From Octopus bimaculoides (taxonomy: Eukaryota): a stretch of 56,646 nucleotides of DNA. The notes below the pieces were generated by a model. It was not told the origin of the DNA, ran no database searches, and saw nothing but the letters and a program-made list of their open reading frames with translations. The position numbers were made by a program, and so were the translations under genes. Position 1 is the first letter of the stretch. Each line of letters opens with the position of its first letter. This document shows, piece after piece, positions 12,170 through 25,841 of this stretch. The DNA is taken from NCBI RefSeq assembly GCF_001194135.2, contig NC_068982.1:92869037-92925682 (forward strand), in the 5' to 3' direction.

Positions 12170-12790
12170 AACTATAATGAAAAGAGATTAAATTCATAGT
12201 TGTAGCAATCTATAGCTGATGAGGTTTTTGTTAGTTCGAGAAGATCAATTAAATTTTTCAGTTTTATTTTTTACATGCAAATGTTTATATCTTCATTTGG
12301 CGTCAGCATTTCGTCCGCACATTGATAATTTTCTCACGTACTTTAATGTTTTGTCATCGCCTGTCTATTTAAATGTTTTGTATTTGTCTTGCTACTGAAA
12401 CAAAAATATAATGATGATAATGTTGGTGGTGGTGATGACGACGGCGGCGATGATATTTGTCATCATCTTTGCTAATATTTGCTTTGCACAGAGAAGTTAT
12501 GTATCATTCAGCGGTCTGAAAGTTGTACAATATCTCTCAGACACAACAGTAGCAAAGATAAACACATAAGCCGATGAGACTTCAAAGCTAAGCGAACAAC
12601 ATCTTATGTATCGGCAGTGAACTCCTCAGGAAGTATTCTCTTCCTGTGACTTCCCAGACCACCTAAAACAGTGGCACTAATATATCTCACAGAAGGCCTA
12701 GTATGAAATGTTCAGCAAATCAAAAAAAGACTATGCATAGTATGTTTCCCCAAGACACGAAGTGCAGCCTCTCTTGGAGGCTATGTATTT

Positions 12791-12978
12791 TTGTATAAAC
12801 ACAAAAACGCACATATCAATATAAATATCAATAGGCGAACCTGACTAAATTTATTCAGATGTCAGACTACTGGACAAAATGTTCGCAATGGAGACTGTTG
12901 GACGAAAATATCCTTAGTAGAATTGCTATGAATCACGTATAAAGAAACGTAATCTTTATTAGACTAGCTTCATTTTGA
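12791..12978. mobile_element. ~165-bp repeat copy 2, flanked by a 13-bp direct repeat (putative TSD)
   Basis: AGGCTATGTATTT at 12778-12790 and 12979-12991. Confidence 0.6.
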
Positions 12979-13039
12979 AGGCTATGTATTTGCAATCCTC
13001 TTTTTGTTGTGAGGTATTGTTACAAAATACCTCATAACA

Positions 13040-13600
13040 AAAAAAGGCAGGGAAACCATTGAAATCCTAAGATGTAAAACACCACGTATGTGATTAGTAG
13101 CCCCCCCCCAAAAAAAAAACATCAAAGAACTACCTCCCAATGCTACTTGACACTGTCGAGAAAACAATATACAATTACATTCGAAAAAAAGACTGCCCTG
13201 GGATAAATATAGAGAACAACATACATAAACACAAAGAATATTGTCGTGTATAAACATAACAGAACGGATATTGTTGTTTGGGACAGACACAAAAAAGTAT
13301 GTACCGTGATAGAGGTCAGTTGCCTTGCTGACGTGAATATCTCTGTGAAAATCAAAGAGAGCGAGGATAGCTACGACCAACAGTTTTGAAACCTTTAGCT
13401 TTTCTGCCTAGATTATAATTTCACATTTATACCAATAATAATTAGTGCCTTTGGTTTTGTTAATAAACGCCTAAGCGAAAATTTGGGAAAGCTAGGGTTT
13501 TCAGAGAAAGAAATCAACCAGCTAATACGCACATTACATGTACAATCTGTAAGTGGAACAGTAAAAATATGCAAGACATTTCTCATGTTCAAAATCTGAC
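13040..13600 (+). mobile_element. REL-endonuclease non-LTR retrotransposon 3' fragment
   Basis: HNRTDIVVWDRHKKVCTVIEVSCLADVN...IPIIISAFGFV...LGFSEKEI...SVSGTVKICKTFLMFKI*. Confidence 0.75.
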
Positions 13601-13724
13601 ATTGTTTTTATTCTAAATATTCCGACAGAACTTTGTATCTTTGTTAGAAACCAGTTCCTTTCTTACAGGGAGACTTCAAATGATTAAAAACAGAACAGTA
13701 CATACATACATTATATATAAAGTA

Positions 13725-14470
13725 CAGGAATCCCTCGCGATACAGGTGTAACGCGTAAAGCGAAGTTAATTTTCTCATTGATTTTCATATTATATAGTGA
13801 CAATGCTTCGATAAAAACAACAAAAGCAAGCAACGCGACCATTTTAATGCATGAAAAAACCCAACATCTAATAATATACAGTGCAACATGTATACATAAA
13901 ATATTTACAAGATGGTGGATTTGAAAAACTTGCAGACCTTCCCTTATAAGTGTCAACTATAAGTACCAACCTTTTAGTAATATTCTCTGAGTTAGTTTAA
14001 GTGGAATTGGTGGAATATCTGCATACGCATCTGTTTTCTTAGCTTGCTCTTGTTCTAACAAATCGAGATTCTCGTTAAATAAGCTTTCTGTATGAGACAT
14101 TAGCAATTCAACTACGTCATCGTCTATGGCTTTTACAAACCTTACATGATTTTTGCAAATGTCAATATTTTTCTGAATTTGATGTAGACTTTCTAATTGT
14201 GGCAAACTTATAAAGTAACAGACATAATATTGCTATATATTTTTCCAAACACCTTTCAAAGTTGAAGGTTTCACTTCTTCCCATGCTTCAGTTATCCACC
14301 ACATCAATTATATCGAATTTTTCCAGAAGCCTCTAACTGTAGGCCTATCCTCCCCATAAGTTGCTTTAATAAGTTGTTTGAAAGTTTTTAGATAATATAC
14401 CTTGAAGTTTGCTATCACACCTCTATCCAATGTCTGGAGCAAAGAAGTTGTATTCTTGAGGTATAATTTA
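13725..14470 (-). mobile_element. pogo/Tigger-like DDE transposon relic
   Basis: Minus translation NTTSLLQTLDRGVIANFKVYYL...AWEEVKPSTLKGVWK. TA|CAGGAATCCCTCG TIR-like end at 13725. Confidence 0.7.
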
Positions 14471-14624
14471 CTGTCACATTACTAGAAAGCTCAATTAAGT
14501 TCACTGACTGGCTTGGTGCATTGTATAAAAGGAGTAATGCTTTGTTGGAGATATTATGACTGGTATTGCGCCTTTCTACTGCAGAACAAAAACTGTTGGT
14601 AAACTACTCTTTGAAATGGCTCTT

Positions 14625-14830
14625 ATAGAATCGGACAAAATGTCTTGCGGTATTTAGTTACATCTCTTTATGTCCCGAGTTCAAATCTCACCGGGCCGAA
14701 ATGTTCTTTCTATTCTTTTGGAATCGATAATATAAGGTGCTGGGGTCAATTTAATCGATAATATCTATCTTCAAAATGAGACTTTGTACAAATATTAGAA
14801 AGCTCTTTTTGGTATCAAACTATACAGTTG
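14625..14830 (+). mobile_element. Degenerate SINE family B copy
   Basis: GAGTTCAAATCTCACCG...GGGGTCAATTTAATCGAT resembles family B. Confidence 0.45.
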
Positions 14831-17394
14831 TGATTCTTCGAAGTTCTCTTAGGTAGAATGATTCTTAACTATTTGGCCAATGCAAGTAAGGGATTTGATC
14901 TAATTTTCTTCGTCTTTTTTGGTCAACAACTGAATGGAGAAAATATCACCGATTGTTTCCCCCTATTTGCGAAAAGTATTTTCCTTTTTGGAACTGGCGG
15001 ATGGGCAAATAAGTTGACATTTCTGAAAATATGGCAACGTCACTCTTGTTTATAATCCTCATTTCAGTCATGGTTCAGCAATCATATAATCAAAGGTGTT
15101 CATGCCGCGGCCATCTCACCATTTTCAAGGATAGTGTACGTAGGACTACGTTATTTAATGTCTTTAAATAATCATGAAGAGATTACCTCGTTAACTTGTC
15201 ATGCATTACACTATTATACATGTATCACTGTTATTGAGTATACATTAATAGTACTACTACAGAGGGAAGTAATATATTATATTATCACTATCATGTTTAA
15301 CACCATTGTACTGCCACACCAAAGATAGTATTTCGCTGTAATTGTAACACTGCTGTAAATATTATATAACTATTCTGCTGTTCTCATCAAGTCTATCATC
15401 TCCATGATCGATTTCTATTAAAAAAATTTCATTTTGTCTTCGTATTTTTCTTGTGTGAGAGAAGTATTCGAACTCAACAACTGAATTCATCTAAATATTA
15501 ATACTTTTTCAAAAGCCATTCATCAATATTCAGTTCAGGTCTCCGTGAAACTAAGCAGATGTATATCTCTCCTATGCCAGAACATTATAGCAAGTAAATT
15601 TCATCGTTAATTCAACTACTCATTCTCCTCAGATAAGTTAACTGAAACCACGAAGAAATAATTATTCAACATAGAAACATAGTAAACCACCTGGAGTAGT
15701 ATTCAACCCACTCCTCATGATCTTGTTCAATATCATAGCCACTTTGATATTTCATTTCCGTCTAACCTGCTAACACATTCATTTCCTGTTAGTCGGTGCT
15801 TATTCCTTCTCCGGTTGTTCTATTTTATTCTATCGATACGCATGTGAGGAGGAAAAAGAAATATATACAATGCTGCGCCGATGGGAGAACGTGGCATAAA
15901 TCTTCTTTCGATATGGAGACCTTATCCAATCGGCCATTACGAATCCAACTTTCCCCATGAAATTGTCAATAAGAGTTGTTCGGTCGAAACTGTTTTGTTA
16001 CATAATTATATTCAACACAACTATAGTAGCAATTAGTAAAACGCCACACCCTCTTTGTTTTTACATACATCAATAATGACGTCTTGCTATAATAAAATGG
16101 TTTTTATTTGATGTTTTTGTGATGTTTGTTTTACGCCAATAAAAACGTCATTGGGTACAATAATATGAAAATTAAATAATTTTAAATGAAAAATAAAAAC
16201 AGAAAAACAAAAACAACCAAACAATTAGTTCCATGTTTAGTTTTCTCGGTTCACAATTTTCTGTTGCTAGATTTTGATGTTTCCCTTTTACTTTCTATTC
16301 ATTAAATAAATTTAGAAAAATTTTCCTTCAGAGTAGACGTTTCTGCAGTTATCGATGATCCACTTTCAATCAATCACCGTTGTTGACAATAAAATAAACA
16401 TGTTTCAACACAAGTGTCTTCTAATTAAAATGTTCGAAAATAGAAAGAAAACAGAATAACAAAAATTTTCCTACGGTGTTTCCAAACTTTATTTAACAAC
16501 TAATGATAAAAAGGATAAACGAATATGAAATTCAAAGGAAAACATGACAGATGCAGAAAGTTTTGAATAATTTTTAATGAAAAACTGTATGTAAATGAAT
16601 AAATTGTAAACATGAGTTTTGATCATGAAACCAAAATAAAGCAAATAATTTTTCTGTACTTTTCGAGACTTTATGGCCACATATAAACCCAAATTTAAAG
16701 GACAATATTATATCTATTTATTTGCATTATGTCACATCACCTACTACCAGTTTCTTGTGCTAAAGATATACAAAACGCCATCAGTTCCGCCTTATATTAT
16801 TAGTATGTTTTATTAAACAGTAAACCCAACAAATCCTTCTTGTGTTGTTCGAGAACACGTCTTGGCAAATGGCCTTACCCTATTCTCCTGAACAGGAAGC
16901 CTAACCAGTTATCTAGACATTATTGTTTATTTCATTTACCCCAGAGTTTTGGGGGATAAAATATATGAATTCTAGGATTACCAGGCACTTTCACACTGTA
17001 AATTTTAGAACAGTTTTTAAATCGATTAAGTCTTTCCTTGTTGGCCTTTAATGCGTGAAGGCTATGGGATTTCTCATATTTCGTTAAATGACTTACCACT
17101 GTCCAGAATTATAGCACATCCAAAGAACGTATTTTTTTATATCGGCAAAATGCAACTCAACAAGTTCTCCGCTTTTTTACATTGTCTCACTTTGCGAACA
17201 CGCTCCATGTAATTGCACTCACGTCTTTATGGTCACGAGCCGAGCATCCTAATTGTTATTCCAGGTGGCTTCTCACGCAGAAACAAATATTGCTACAAAT
17301 CAAATATAAACTATGAAAGGAAATAACCTTTCCTTCCTTGACCAAAGAATAAAACAAAACCAGTGTATAAAATTAGTAGATCACGATAACGGTT

Positions 17395-17605
17395 TGACTT
17401 AGGTACGGGACCAACAATTTGCAGGGAGGCGGCGTAGTTGATATCATGGACGCCAGAACTTGACTGGTACTCTATTTTATCCACCCTATTGGGGTGGAAG
17501 GCTAAGTTAACTACGGCTGATTTGAACTCAGAACATAAAGAGACGGAAGATATTCTGTAAAGCATTTTCTTCGACGCTCTAACAACTTTTTCAGCTAGTT
17601 CCCCT
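17395..17605 (-). mobile_element. Degenerate SINE family B copy
   Basis: GACTGGTACTCTATTTTATC...GATTTGAACTCAGAACATAAAGAGACG...AAGCATTT. Confidence 0.55.
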
Positions 17606-18060
17606 GAGCAGATTATGATAATGCTCTATTATGAAGATATTGCTCAAGGCATTGTTAAAATAAATTGGAAGTAACTAACACATGCGTATTTATATAATCA
17701 GATTATGGTTATTTATGTACAAAATGTTTTTATTGATTTCTTTAGACGAGGAACAATGACAGTTGTTTTCGGGAAATACGTGTCGTTAATTGAATTGTAT
17801 CAAAAATATTTTATCGATAATCCCTCTCCCCATCCCCGGAATAGGGAAACTTAAAAATTTGAATACACATAAGATAGAAAGATGTAGAAATACGGTAACA
17901 GACACACACTCACGTACGCGGGCATATATAATTTGATAAAATATACAATGTATTTACCATACAGATGACAAGAGAAAGGTGCAGCACCACCAACGGCAAT
18001 CGAAACGCCTGTTTGGCACAAACAAAATTCTACCCCAAAACGACACTAATTCAACTATCC

Positions 18061-18065
<5 letters not shown>

Positions 18066-18129
<64 letters not shown>
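18066..18129. repeat. (CA)n microsatellite
   Basis: Visible run. Confidence 0.95.
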
Positions 18130-18132
<3 letters not shown>

Positions 18133-19399
18133 GTATGTAGAAAACTGGATTCGGAGAACCAAGTAAAATGCCCTGTAAACGCTCCAGCATGTACCGCTCA
18201 TCAGTTCACGCAGTAGCTAATGTAATTTAACCTGTCCTTGCATCTGGAAATCCATGAAATATTTCCACAAGGAGTACATAATCAGCTGCAAAAGGCGAAA
18301 ACAGATTTATTATTTCCTTATGATTACAGTTGTTTCGTGCTTTTCTTTATGACACCCAAAATTATATGCGTACATGCACACATCTGTATGCATTCAGCGT
18401 TATATAATACAGTTTTACATTCGAATACAGATTTGCGATGGAGAAAACTGCTCCTCTGATTATATAACGGAACACCTTTGGTTCATGTAGGATTTATCTC
18501 TACTACATATACAAAATCAATTCTATTTATACGAGATGTTTGGAAGGACAAAATCGAAAACGAGTAGAGTAACTATTCTCTCAGTTTTCCATTTCTGCCG
18601 AGTCCTCGTAGCTTGTAACATATCTCGTACTTTTCAAAAGCCTTTGCAAAATCGAGGTCTTTTACATCCACGTTTTATGTTAAAATCATGTAAAAGACAT
18701 TAAAAGAGATTAGTAAAATGATATTTTTTCAGAAGAATATCCCTTTAAACACATCATATAGCAGCCTAATTGGAAACACTGTTAATTCCCCAGGAAAGCT
18801 GAAGATACATCCGAAAATCTTAATTTTTGTCACTTATTAAAACAAAAGCAAAAATGGCATGACACGATTGAAAACATGACAACATTTATGGGACCACCTA
18901 AAAATAAAGAATGGAAACGGTCAAGAGATAAAGTGAACCAAAAGCAAAAGAAAGATATAATGGAGTGGAAAGGGGATAAGCCAACTTTAGACACTTATAA
19001 AGATCAAAAGCAAGAAGAACTTAATTCACATATGAATGTTCTCGAAAGCCATGTCACCAAACTGTGTATGAGTTCAGCATACCAGCCACACGAGTTCAGC
19101 AAACTGTGCACAAGCTCAGCAATCCTATCCATACATAGCACAGCCAAATATTTCTACAGAAACCAGAACTATTCCACCGAACCCACGCCCACATATACAT
19201 GTACACCTATACTCATATTTATCCTACTATAGATTATACGCAAACGCACACACACATACATACACGTTTATNNNNNNNNNNNNNNNNNNNNNNNNNNNNN
19301 NNNNNNNNNNNNNNNNNNNNNNNNNNNNNNNNNNNNNNTATATATATATATATATATGCATACATACACACACACATGCACACACGCGCGCGCGAGCAG

Positions 19400-21070
19400 A
19401 AGTAGACAAAGTCTCTGTTTCACAAATAACACGGCGCTCATCCATAATGTTAATGTGGCATCAAGGATTTTCTCGGAACATAACTTCGTAAAACTAACAA
19501 TGTATGGTCCAAGAAAAACTGTAGACACGCAGTCTACTAGAAGCACCTGACTCCTTTCCAGCATGAACTTTCATAAAGCTAATTGGAAAGGTATTCAGAA
19601 AGGAACTCTGGGGGCGGGGGAAATGGTTTGCTAGTGTCTCTACGTAGGTTATTGACATAAACCTACAGCACTTTATGGTTATCATGCAAAACATATGCAG
19701 TAAGTTTGCTCCAGAGAAAATGTCAAACCGACAGAAAAACAATTTCCAGAGATAGAAAAATTCTAATGAGATGACGATCATGTATCTCAAATCATCTAAA
19801 TGGGCTATTAAAGGATGGTGAAAAAGCCTATCTCACACGAGCACTAGTTGAAATTGAATCTGAACTGAAACATTCCCATGGAAAGGAGAGGACAGAAAAA
19901 GAAGCTAGGGCTGTAAAAATGTAAAGCCTTCAATAGATTTGCAATACAGTATAAGGTAGAGCAACTGTTCGAAGAAAATGGGTCACTGACTGTGGACCCC
20001 TAAAAGATAATGAAACACTAAATGTACAATACAAAAGTCTTTTCACATCTCTGTTGGGATGCTTGTAAATAAATATGCCGGACGAATTCTGTGACGCTGC
20101 AGCTCTACACAGAGGGATGATTATCCATCACATTAAAACAGAGGAAACTGATGTAATGTCAGCCATTGATGTAATGAACTTAAACTCAACCACTACTCCT
20201 GATGAATTCCCAGAAATCCTCCTAAAAATGCAAAGGGACCCTATGAAGATCACAGCAGATTCTCTTCCAAAGTTTCCTTACTATTAGTAGACTTTCAAGA
20301 AAGTTAAAGGAAGGTATAATATGTCCTATTCATAAAGAAGGCCTGTCTCTCTAACCACATGTCAGCAATGTCATGGAACGAATTGTCAAGAGGAAGCTGA
20401 TCACGTCCCTAGAAGATAATGAGCTGCTTCTGGACTCCGAGTATGGCTTGCGCTCAGGAAGAAGATGTCTTATACAGTTCAAACGTGGATGTGATGTACC
20501 TTGATTTTGCTTAGGCCATTTATGAGGCTGATCACGAGATAATACGTCACAAGCTACTCGGACTCGGCAGAGTTGGCAAACTGGAAGAGTAGTTACATGA
20601 CTTCTAAAAGATAGAAGCCAGGTTGTAGCAACCAGTAGAGATTTCCTCAAGGATAAACTGATAGCGAGTTGGGTACCACAGATAAACTGTTTTAGAGTCG
20701 CTGCTATTTGTGGTGGCTCTCTCAGACATGTCATCGGTTATACCGGCTGCCATTCTTACTAGCTATGCCAACGATGCAAAAGTAACATCAGCAGTCAAAA
20801 ATCCTCTCGATACTAATTTTCTGCAGAAAGATATAGATGTTATTAATAAAGAAGAAAGCAACATGAAATTTAATGCAAGGAAATTCTAAGCCCTCTGCTA
20901 TCAGCAACAAAAACACTTTTGACCAAAAGGAGAAGCAATCTTAGAGACAAAACAGTGCATGACCTGGGTATTGATATGAGCATCGATGCTTCGTTTCATC
21001 TATATATCACTAAGGTGATGGCAATGTGAAGGCGAATGGCTGGTCGGATTCTGAGACCTTTCAGAACAAG
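19400..21070 (+). mobile_element. CR1-type LINE ORF2, heavily decayed
   Basis: NFHKANWKGI, SAIDVMN.NS..PDEFP.ILLK, frameshifted RPVSLT...SxYGLRSGR.CL, DVMYLDFA, and GIDMS..ASF motifs. Confidence 0.7.
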
Positions 21071-21099
21071 GGATTAAGAAACTATGCTTATCCTATAGA

Positions 21100-21770
21100 G
21101 GACATTTATTTTCAGAAGGTGGTAAAAGGAAGAAACGAAAAGCCGGAAAATACAACAGAAACTAAAGAGGGAACAATGGCGGAAGAAAAAACAGATAAGA
21201 GCGATGAAATGGAGCATGCCACAGTATCGCACAAAAGAAAAAAATCACAAGTCCCAGACTCCCATCCCCAAACAAAAAAATCAGTTAAACACACAACAGA
21301 CATACAAAAAATTCCCCAGACTAACCCTACAGTGAAACCTTTTACCAGCTCCCTCCCCAAAACACAAGAAAGAATTGTTTCCTACGTGAAAAAAAGAAAA
21401 AAACGAGCCCTTGTCTACCATCATAAGAGCGCGCCACAAGGCTCGAGTTTTCAAAATGACTAAAAATATGTCCCGAATATTAGATTCGCAAAAATGGATG
21501 CGGGCCTATTTTTGGAACTGAAGGGAAGGTATACGGAGGATATCAATGACGTCAGATCCGAAATGGCAGACAAAAAATTACTAACAAGCCCAGCGGCTAC
21601 ACCAATGAAAAGCCCAGCGGCTACACCATTAAAAGAAAAGGATGGGGAGGCAGCCAAATTTGTGCAGCCCCTCCCCAAACTCATACTGTAAGTTACTCCT
21701 TTTTTTCCATCTTTCACTATGGCGATTAAGTTAGGGAGTATAAATGTACGTGGGCTGGGGTCGAAATTTT
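21100..21770 (+). mobile_element. L1/Tx1-type LINE fragment: ORF1 3' end and ORF2 start
   Basis: A basic low-complexity ORF is followed by ATG at 21719 reading MAIKLGSINVRGLGSK (APE N-terminal NVRGL motif). Internal tandem AAGCCCAGCGGCTACACCA x2. Confidence 0.55.
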
Positions 21771-22790
21771 ATCCTTAGCTGCAATATTTTAAGTAAAATT
21801 TTTCATGTTCTGTACTTTACCAGATGTAATATCTTGTCCTAGACTTTTCCAAGTGTAATAACGTCTGTACTTTCCTATGTTTATAACCTTAAGAATATTA
21901 TTTCTCTTGCTTGCATTTTTCTTTGTAATATATATAGATATATATGTATATATATATATATATATATATNNNNNNNNNNNNNNNNNNNNNNNNNNNNNNN
22001 NNNNNNNNNNNNNNNNNNNNNNNNNNNNNNNNNNNNNNNNNNNNNNNNNNNNNNNNNNNNNNNNNNNNNNNNNNNNNNNNNNNNNNNNATATGCACGAAT
22101 GAGTGTGTATGTTTGAATATAGCGGGATATGTATGTATTTGTATGTATGCATGTATGTATGCATATATGTATGTATGCATTTATGTATGTATAAATATAT
22201 GTATATATCTGTGTACGATTGAGCACCTGATCTGACGTTTGAAATTAAATGGTGGATCTCTACAGCAAGCCCATCAATTTCATGGAAGAGAGTCGGTGCC
22301 TTCACTGCATTAATTTTATTACATTTAAAAAAATTTTCTTTGATCTCATCGATAGTAAGAGAGTCCATTATCGCAAGGATAATAGCTTCCTGAAGCTCAT
22401 TATTTTCATCAATAACCGAGATATTCTAAAAAAATATCTGTGAAGTGCTCAGTTCAACGTTTTCTCATGATATCGTTGTAAGGCTTAAAGAACAACGAAC
22501 TGTCTTTAGATTTGAGTGGTATCACAGATGAAAGCTGAGGACTTGTCTGATATGGGAAATAGTGTTTTCGAATATTTAAAGGGGAAAGCTTTCTCACTCT
22601 CTCCCCCTCTCTCTCCCTCTCTCTCACACACACGTTATACATCGTAATACGAAATACCTGCAACATAGAATATAGCTAACTCTTCGGTAATTTTTTGAAA
22701 GCTTTTTTGTTGTAGATATTGAAATGATGTGAAAAGAACTTGTTTTCTTAAGTAAACAATAATAATTGTGAATATTTTCTGTGATCTGTT

Positions 22791-23673
22791 CAGGGTGCGT
22801 AAGGTATTTGAGGACATACCTTTTTGCGGTCATTGTTGCATTTTTTGCCAACTCTGTATAATCCTTGTTTCAGAAAATAATAATAGCAGACCCTCATCTT
22901 ACTCAAGAAATGAAGAGGCATGCTGTTATTGTGGTTATAAAGGTTGAGCAAAGCGATTTAGAAATATCTCAATTTTTAAAAGTTTCCAGATCTTTCGTCT
23001 ACAAAGTTTGTAAGGAGTTAGAAACTGAAGATGGAGACGTGTCACCAGTATTAAAGCATGAAAAGCCTGCTAAACGCTCTGAAATCACTAGAACACTTGA
23101 ATTTATCCAGCAAGTTCAACAGACCATTGATAACAATCCCAGAAAGTCCATGAGGTCAAGTGCAAAAGATCTCCACGTGTCAGAAGGAACAGTCAGAAAT
23201 GTTGTCCACGGAGACATCAGATATAAGTCTTATATGATGAGGAAAGGTCAGTTTGTCAGAAAAAGCAAAAGAAAATCACTATATTAGATCTAAAAGGTTC
23301 TTAAACTGAAAAATCTAGCAGAAGAAGATTTGATTTGGTTTTTCTCAAACGAGAAAAACTTCGACCGAGATCAAAAAGTTAACAGAAGAAATGACAGATG
23401 GTTATGTGCAAACCCTTCTGAATTTCCAAGTGTTATGCATACAAAATTTCTTGAAACTGTCATGGTTTTAGAGGTTGTCAGCAATGAAGGACATGTGATG
23501 CCTCCTTACTTCTTTCTACAAGGCCTTAGAGTTAACTCTGCCTACATTGAGATACTGGAAGCAATTGTTAAGCCCTGGATGTCTATCTGGGAACTATAAG
23601 CAGGAATATTAGTTTCATGATATAAATATATACATACAGTTTGACGATATGTATATATTTATATATACAGTGT

Positions 23674-23750
<77 letters not shown>

Positions 23751-24265
23751 TGCGTGTTTGTGTATGCAATGGAAGGCCATATGTGTTTCAGTAAGACTCT
23801 GCACTATCACACATGGCTTTAGTAACACAGGAATGGATGGCTGAAAATTTTCATGATCACATAACCCCTAACATTTGGCCTCCTAATTCTCCAGATCTCA
23901 ATTCATTGGACTATTACATGCGGAGCGTTGCTGAGAAAGAGGTCAATGAACACATCCATAACAGCAAAGATTCTTTGAAAGCTGCTATAGTCAGAGTAAT
24001 GTCCAAAATGAACCAGGACCACTTGATTCGAGCATGTAGATGATTTNNNNNNNNNNACCAGGACCACTTGATTCGAGCATGTAGATGATTTAGATCTCAT
24101 ATAGAAGCAGTTGTTGAAGCTGAAGGTGGCTTTATTGAATAACGTTATGGAAAAGAAGGTTTATTTTTTATCCTCATAGCATTTTTGATAAAGTTATTAT
24201 CTGTTATTATATATCTGTTTTTTTTAATAAACATAAATCTGTCCTCAGATATCTTGTGCACCGTG
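22791..24265 (+). mobile_element. Tc1/mariner (DD37D/maT-like) transposon, decayed, with an internal insertion
   Basis: HTH region, then WFFSNEK, VMVLEVVS.EG.VMPP, FQ*DSA.SH, WPPNSPDLNSLDY and C-terminal EAVVEAEGGFIE*. Imperfect TIRs CAGGGTGCGTAAGGTATTTGAGGAC / CACGGTGCACAAGATATCTGAGGAC. Confidence 0.85.
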
Positions 24266-25119
24266 TTGAAGAGCGTAGACTCAAGACGTAAAAGACTTTC
24301 TCACTTTTTCGAGCGTCAAACTAACACATCTGCTTGTTGTTCATACACCCGTCTTCGTCTTTTGTTTTTCTGTAAATTTCAACTATATATATATTTAAAA
24401 TATATATATATATATGTATGCAGTTCAAATGTACAGAAAACAAAAGACAAAGACAGGTAAGGGAACTATAAGCAGGTATATTAGTTTCATGATATAAATA
24501 TATACATACAATTTGACGATATGTATACAGTGTGTGTGTGTGTGTGTGTGTTTGTATCTAATACCATTGTAGCTCAGATTGTATGAATATTATTAATAAG
24601 AATTTAATTTGATAGACATTAGGTAACATTTTATACAAGAGAAAATAAAATCGATGGAATCAATATAAATTATGTTGCTGCTCCGTAGGTTATCGATCTT
24701 AGAATAGATGACGATATGCACCTTAGTCTGTTCCACCAAATTAATTTCAGAACAAGAAAGATTGGAAACTACATACTCTATGACATTTAACAATATGACC
24801 GAGGGAAAATACAACAGCTTACTAAATACAAATGTAGTCGTAATTACATAACATAATGAGCTTGAAAACCTTGATGAATTGTGATCACTCTTGTAATTAA
24901 CAGAAAATGTAACCTCACCTACTTGAAGGGTTTCAAACTCAAAAACAGTAAGCAATGCGACTTTTTGATAGAAATATTTGGACAACATAGATAATGTAAA
25001 TTAGGATGGGACTAGTTTCGAAAGCCAAACGGTGACAGCAATGAATATATTTCAGTGTTACTAGACCTACTCGGTGAAATACTTTCTACTCACATGGGAA
25101 GACTATATAAATTACATAC

Positions 25120-25430
25120 TATACATCGACTATATACAGTAGTTACATACTTAAGCTCTTTGCTCCATATGAAGCATCATAGGCCATCAATATTTTTCTC
25201 CAGTGTTCCATATTCTGGGCAGTCTTTTCTGCTTCTCTCAAGCTGGATTCCTGCTTATTTCGTTCTGGCTATGTATCTCGTCATCGACTATTTTTAGGGT
25301 ATTCTCTCTCCCACTCCCCTTGTGGGTTCCAGATCATATGTTTCCCTGAAGTAAAGCCTTTCTCAACCAAATCTTGCAAATTAAGTAGACTATTCTTCAT
25401 TGAGAAGGCTTAATAAAGCTAAAATCTGTC
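25120..25430 (-). mobile_element. RTE-type LINE 3' fragment
   Basis: Minus translation IWNPQGEWEREYPKNSR*RD resembles the RTE C-terminal WNPQG.R.RGRPK.TWRRD motif. Confidence 0.55.
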
Positions 25431-25808
25431 CGTTGTTTTCACCAGATGGTTTTAAAGACGAGAGCTACATCAATGTACATTATCTGTATTGTCCAAGAAG
25501 TTTGATCAGCTTTATTTTGCTTGTTGTTTTTAGATTTTCAACATCACTTAAAGCAAGCTTCTGTTTGTTAATTGCTTGGAACAATCCTACTTGACTGAAG
25601 ATTTTTAACAAACTGTACTGTACTTATAAGGCCCTATCATATTTAGTGAAGCAGACTCCGGGATTAAGACGAAGCACTGACGCAAGCAATGCTGCGTAGT
25701 CAAGAAATTTGTTTCGCAGTCACGTGGTTCTGTATTCGATCTCACTGCGCTCAAGCTGGAAAGTACTTTTTGACAGTGGAATTTGATAAATGAGAAATGT
25801 GGAGGAGG

Positions 25809-25841
<33 letters not shown>

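Noticed and set aside
12499-12625. Minus-strand peptide CRYIR...FEVSSAYVFIFATVVSERYCTTFRPL resembling GPCR TM3/ERY, as a candidate next exon
   Set aside because: Cys-to-ERY spacing is 26 rather than 24, there are in-frame stops on both sides, and there is no AICHP-like continuation. Probably chance; tBLASTn with NMU-type receptors would settle it.
18876-19232. 118-aa ORF with a short internal repeat upstream of the CR1 relic
   Set aside because: No recognisable domain, and it runs into a microsatellite; possibly LINE 5' sequence.
22200-22440. Minus-strand ORF MDSLTIDEIKENFFKCNKINAVKAPTLFHEIDGLAVEIHH
   Set aside because: It looks coding-derived, possibly a TE relic, but I cannot assign a family and see no splice signals.
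24012-24090. Tandem duplication of ~35 bp across a 10-N gap
   Set aside because: Identical sequence on both sides of a fixed-size gap indicates unmerged contig overlap, an assembly artefact.
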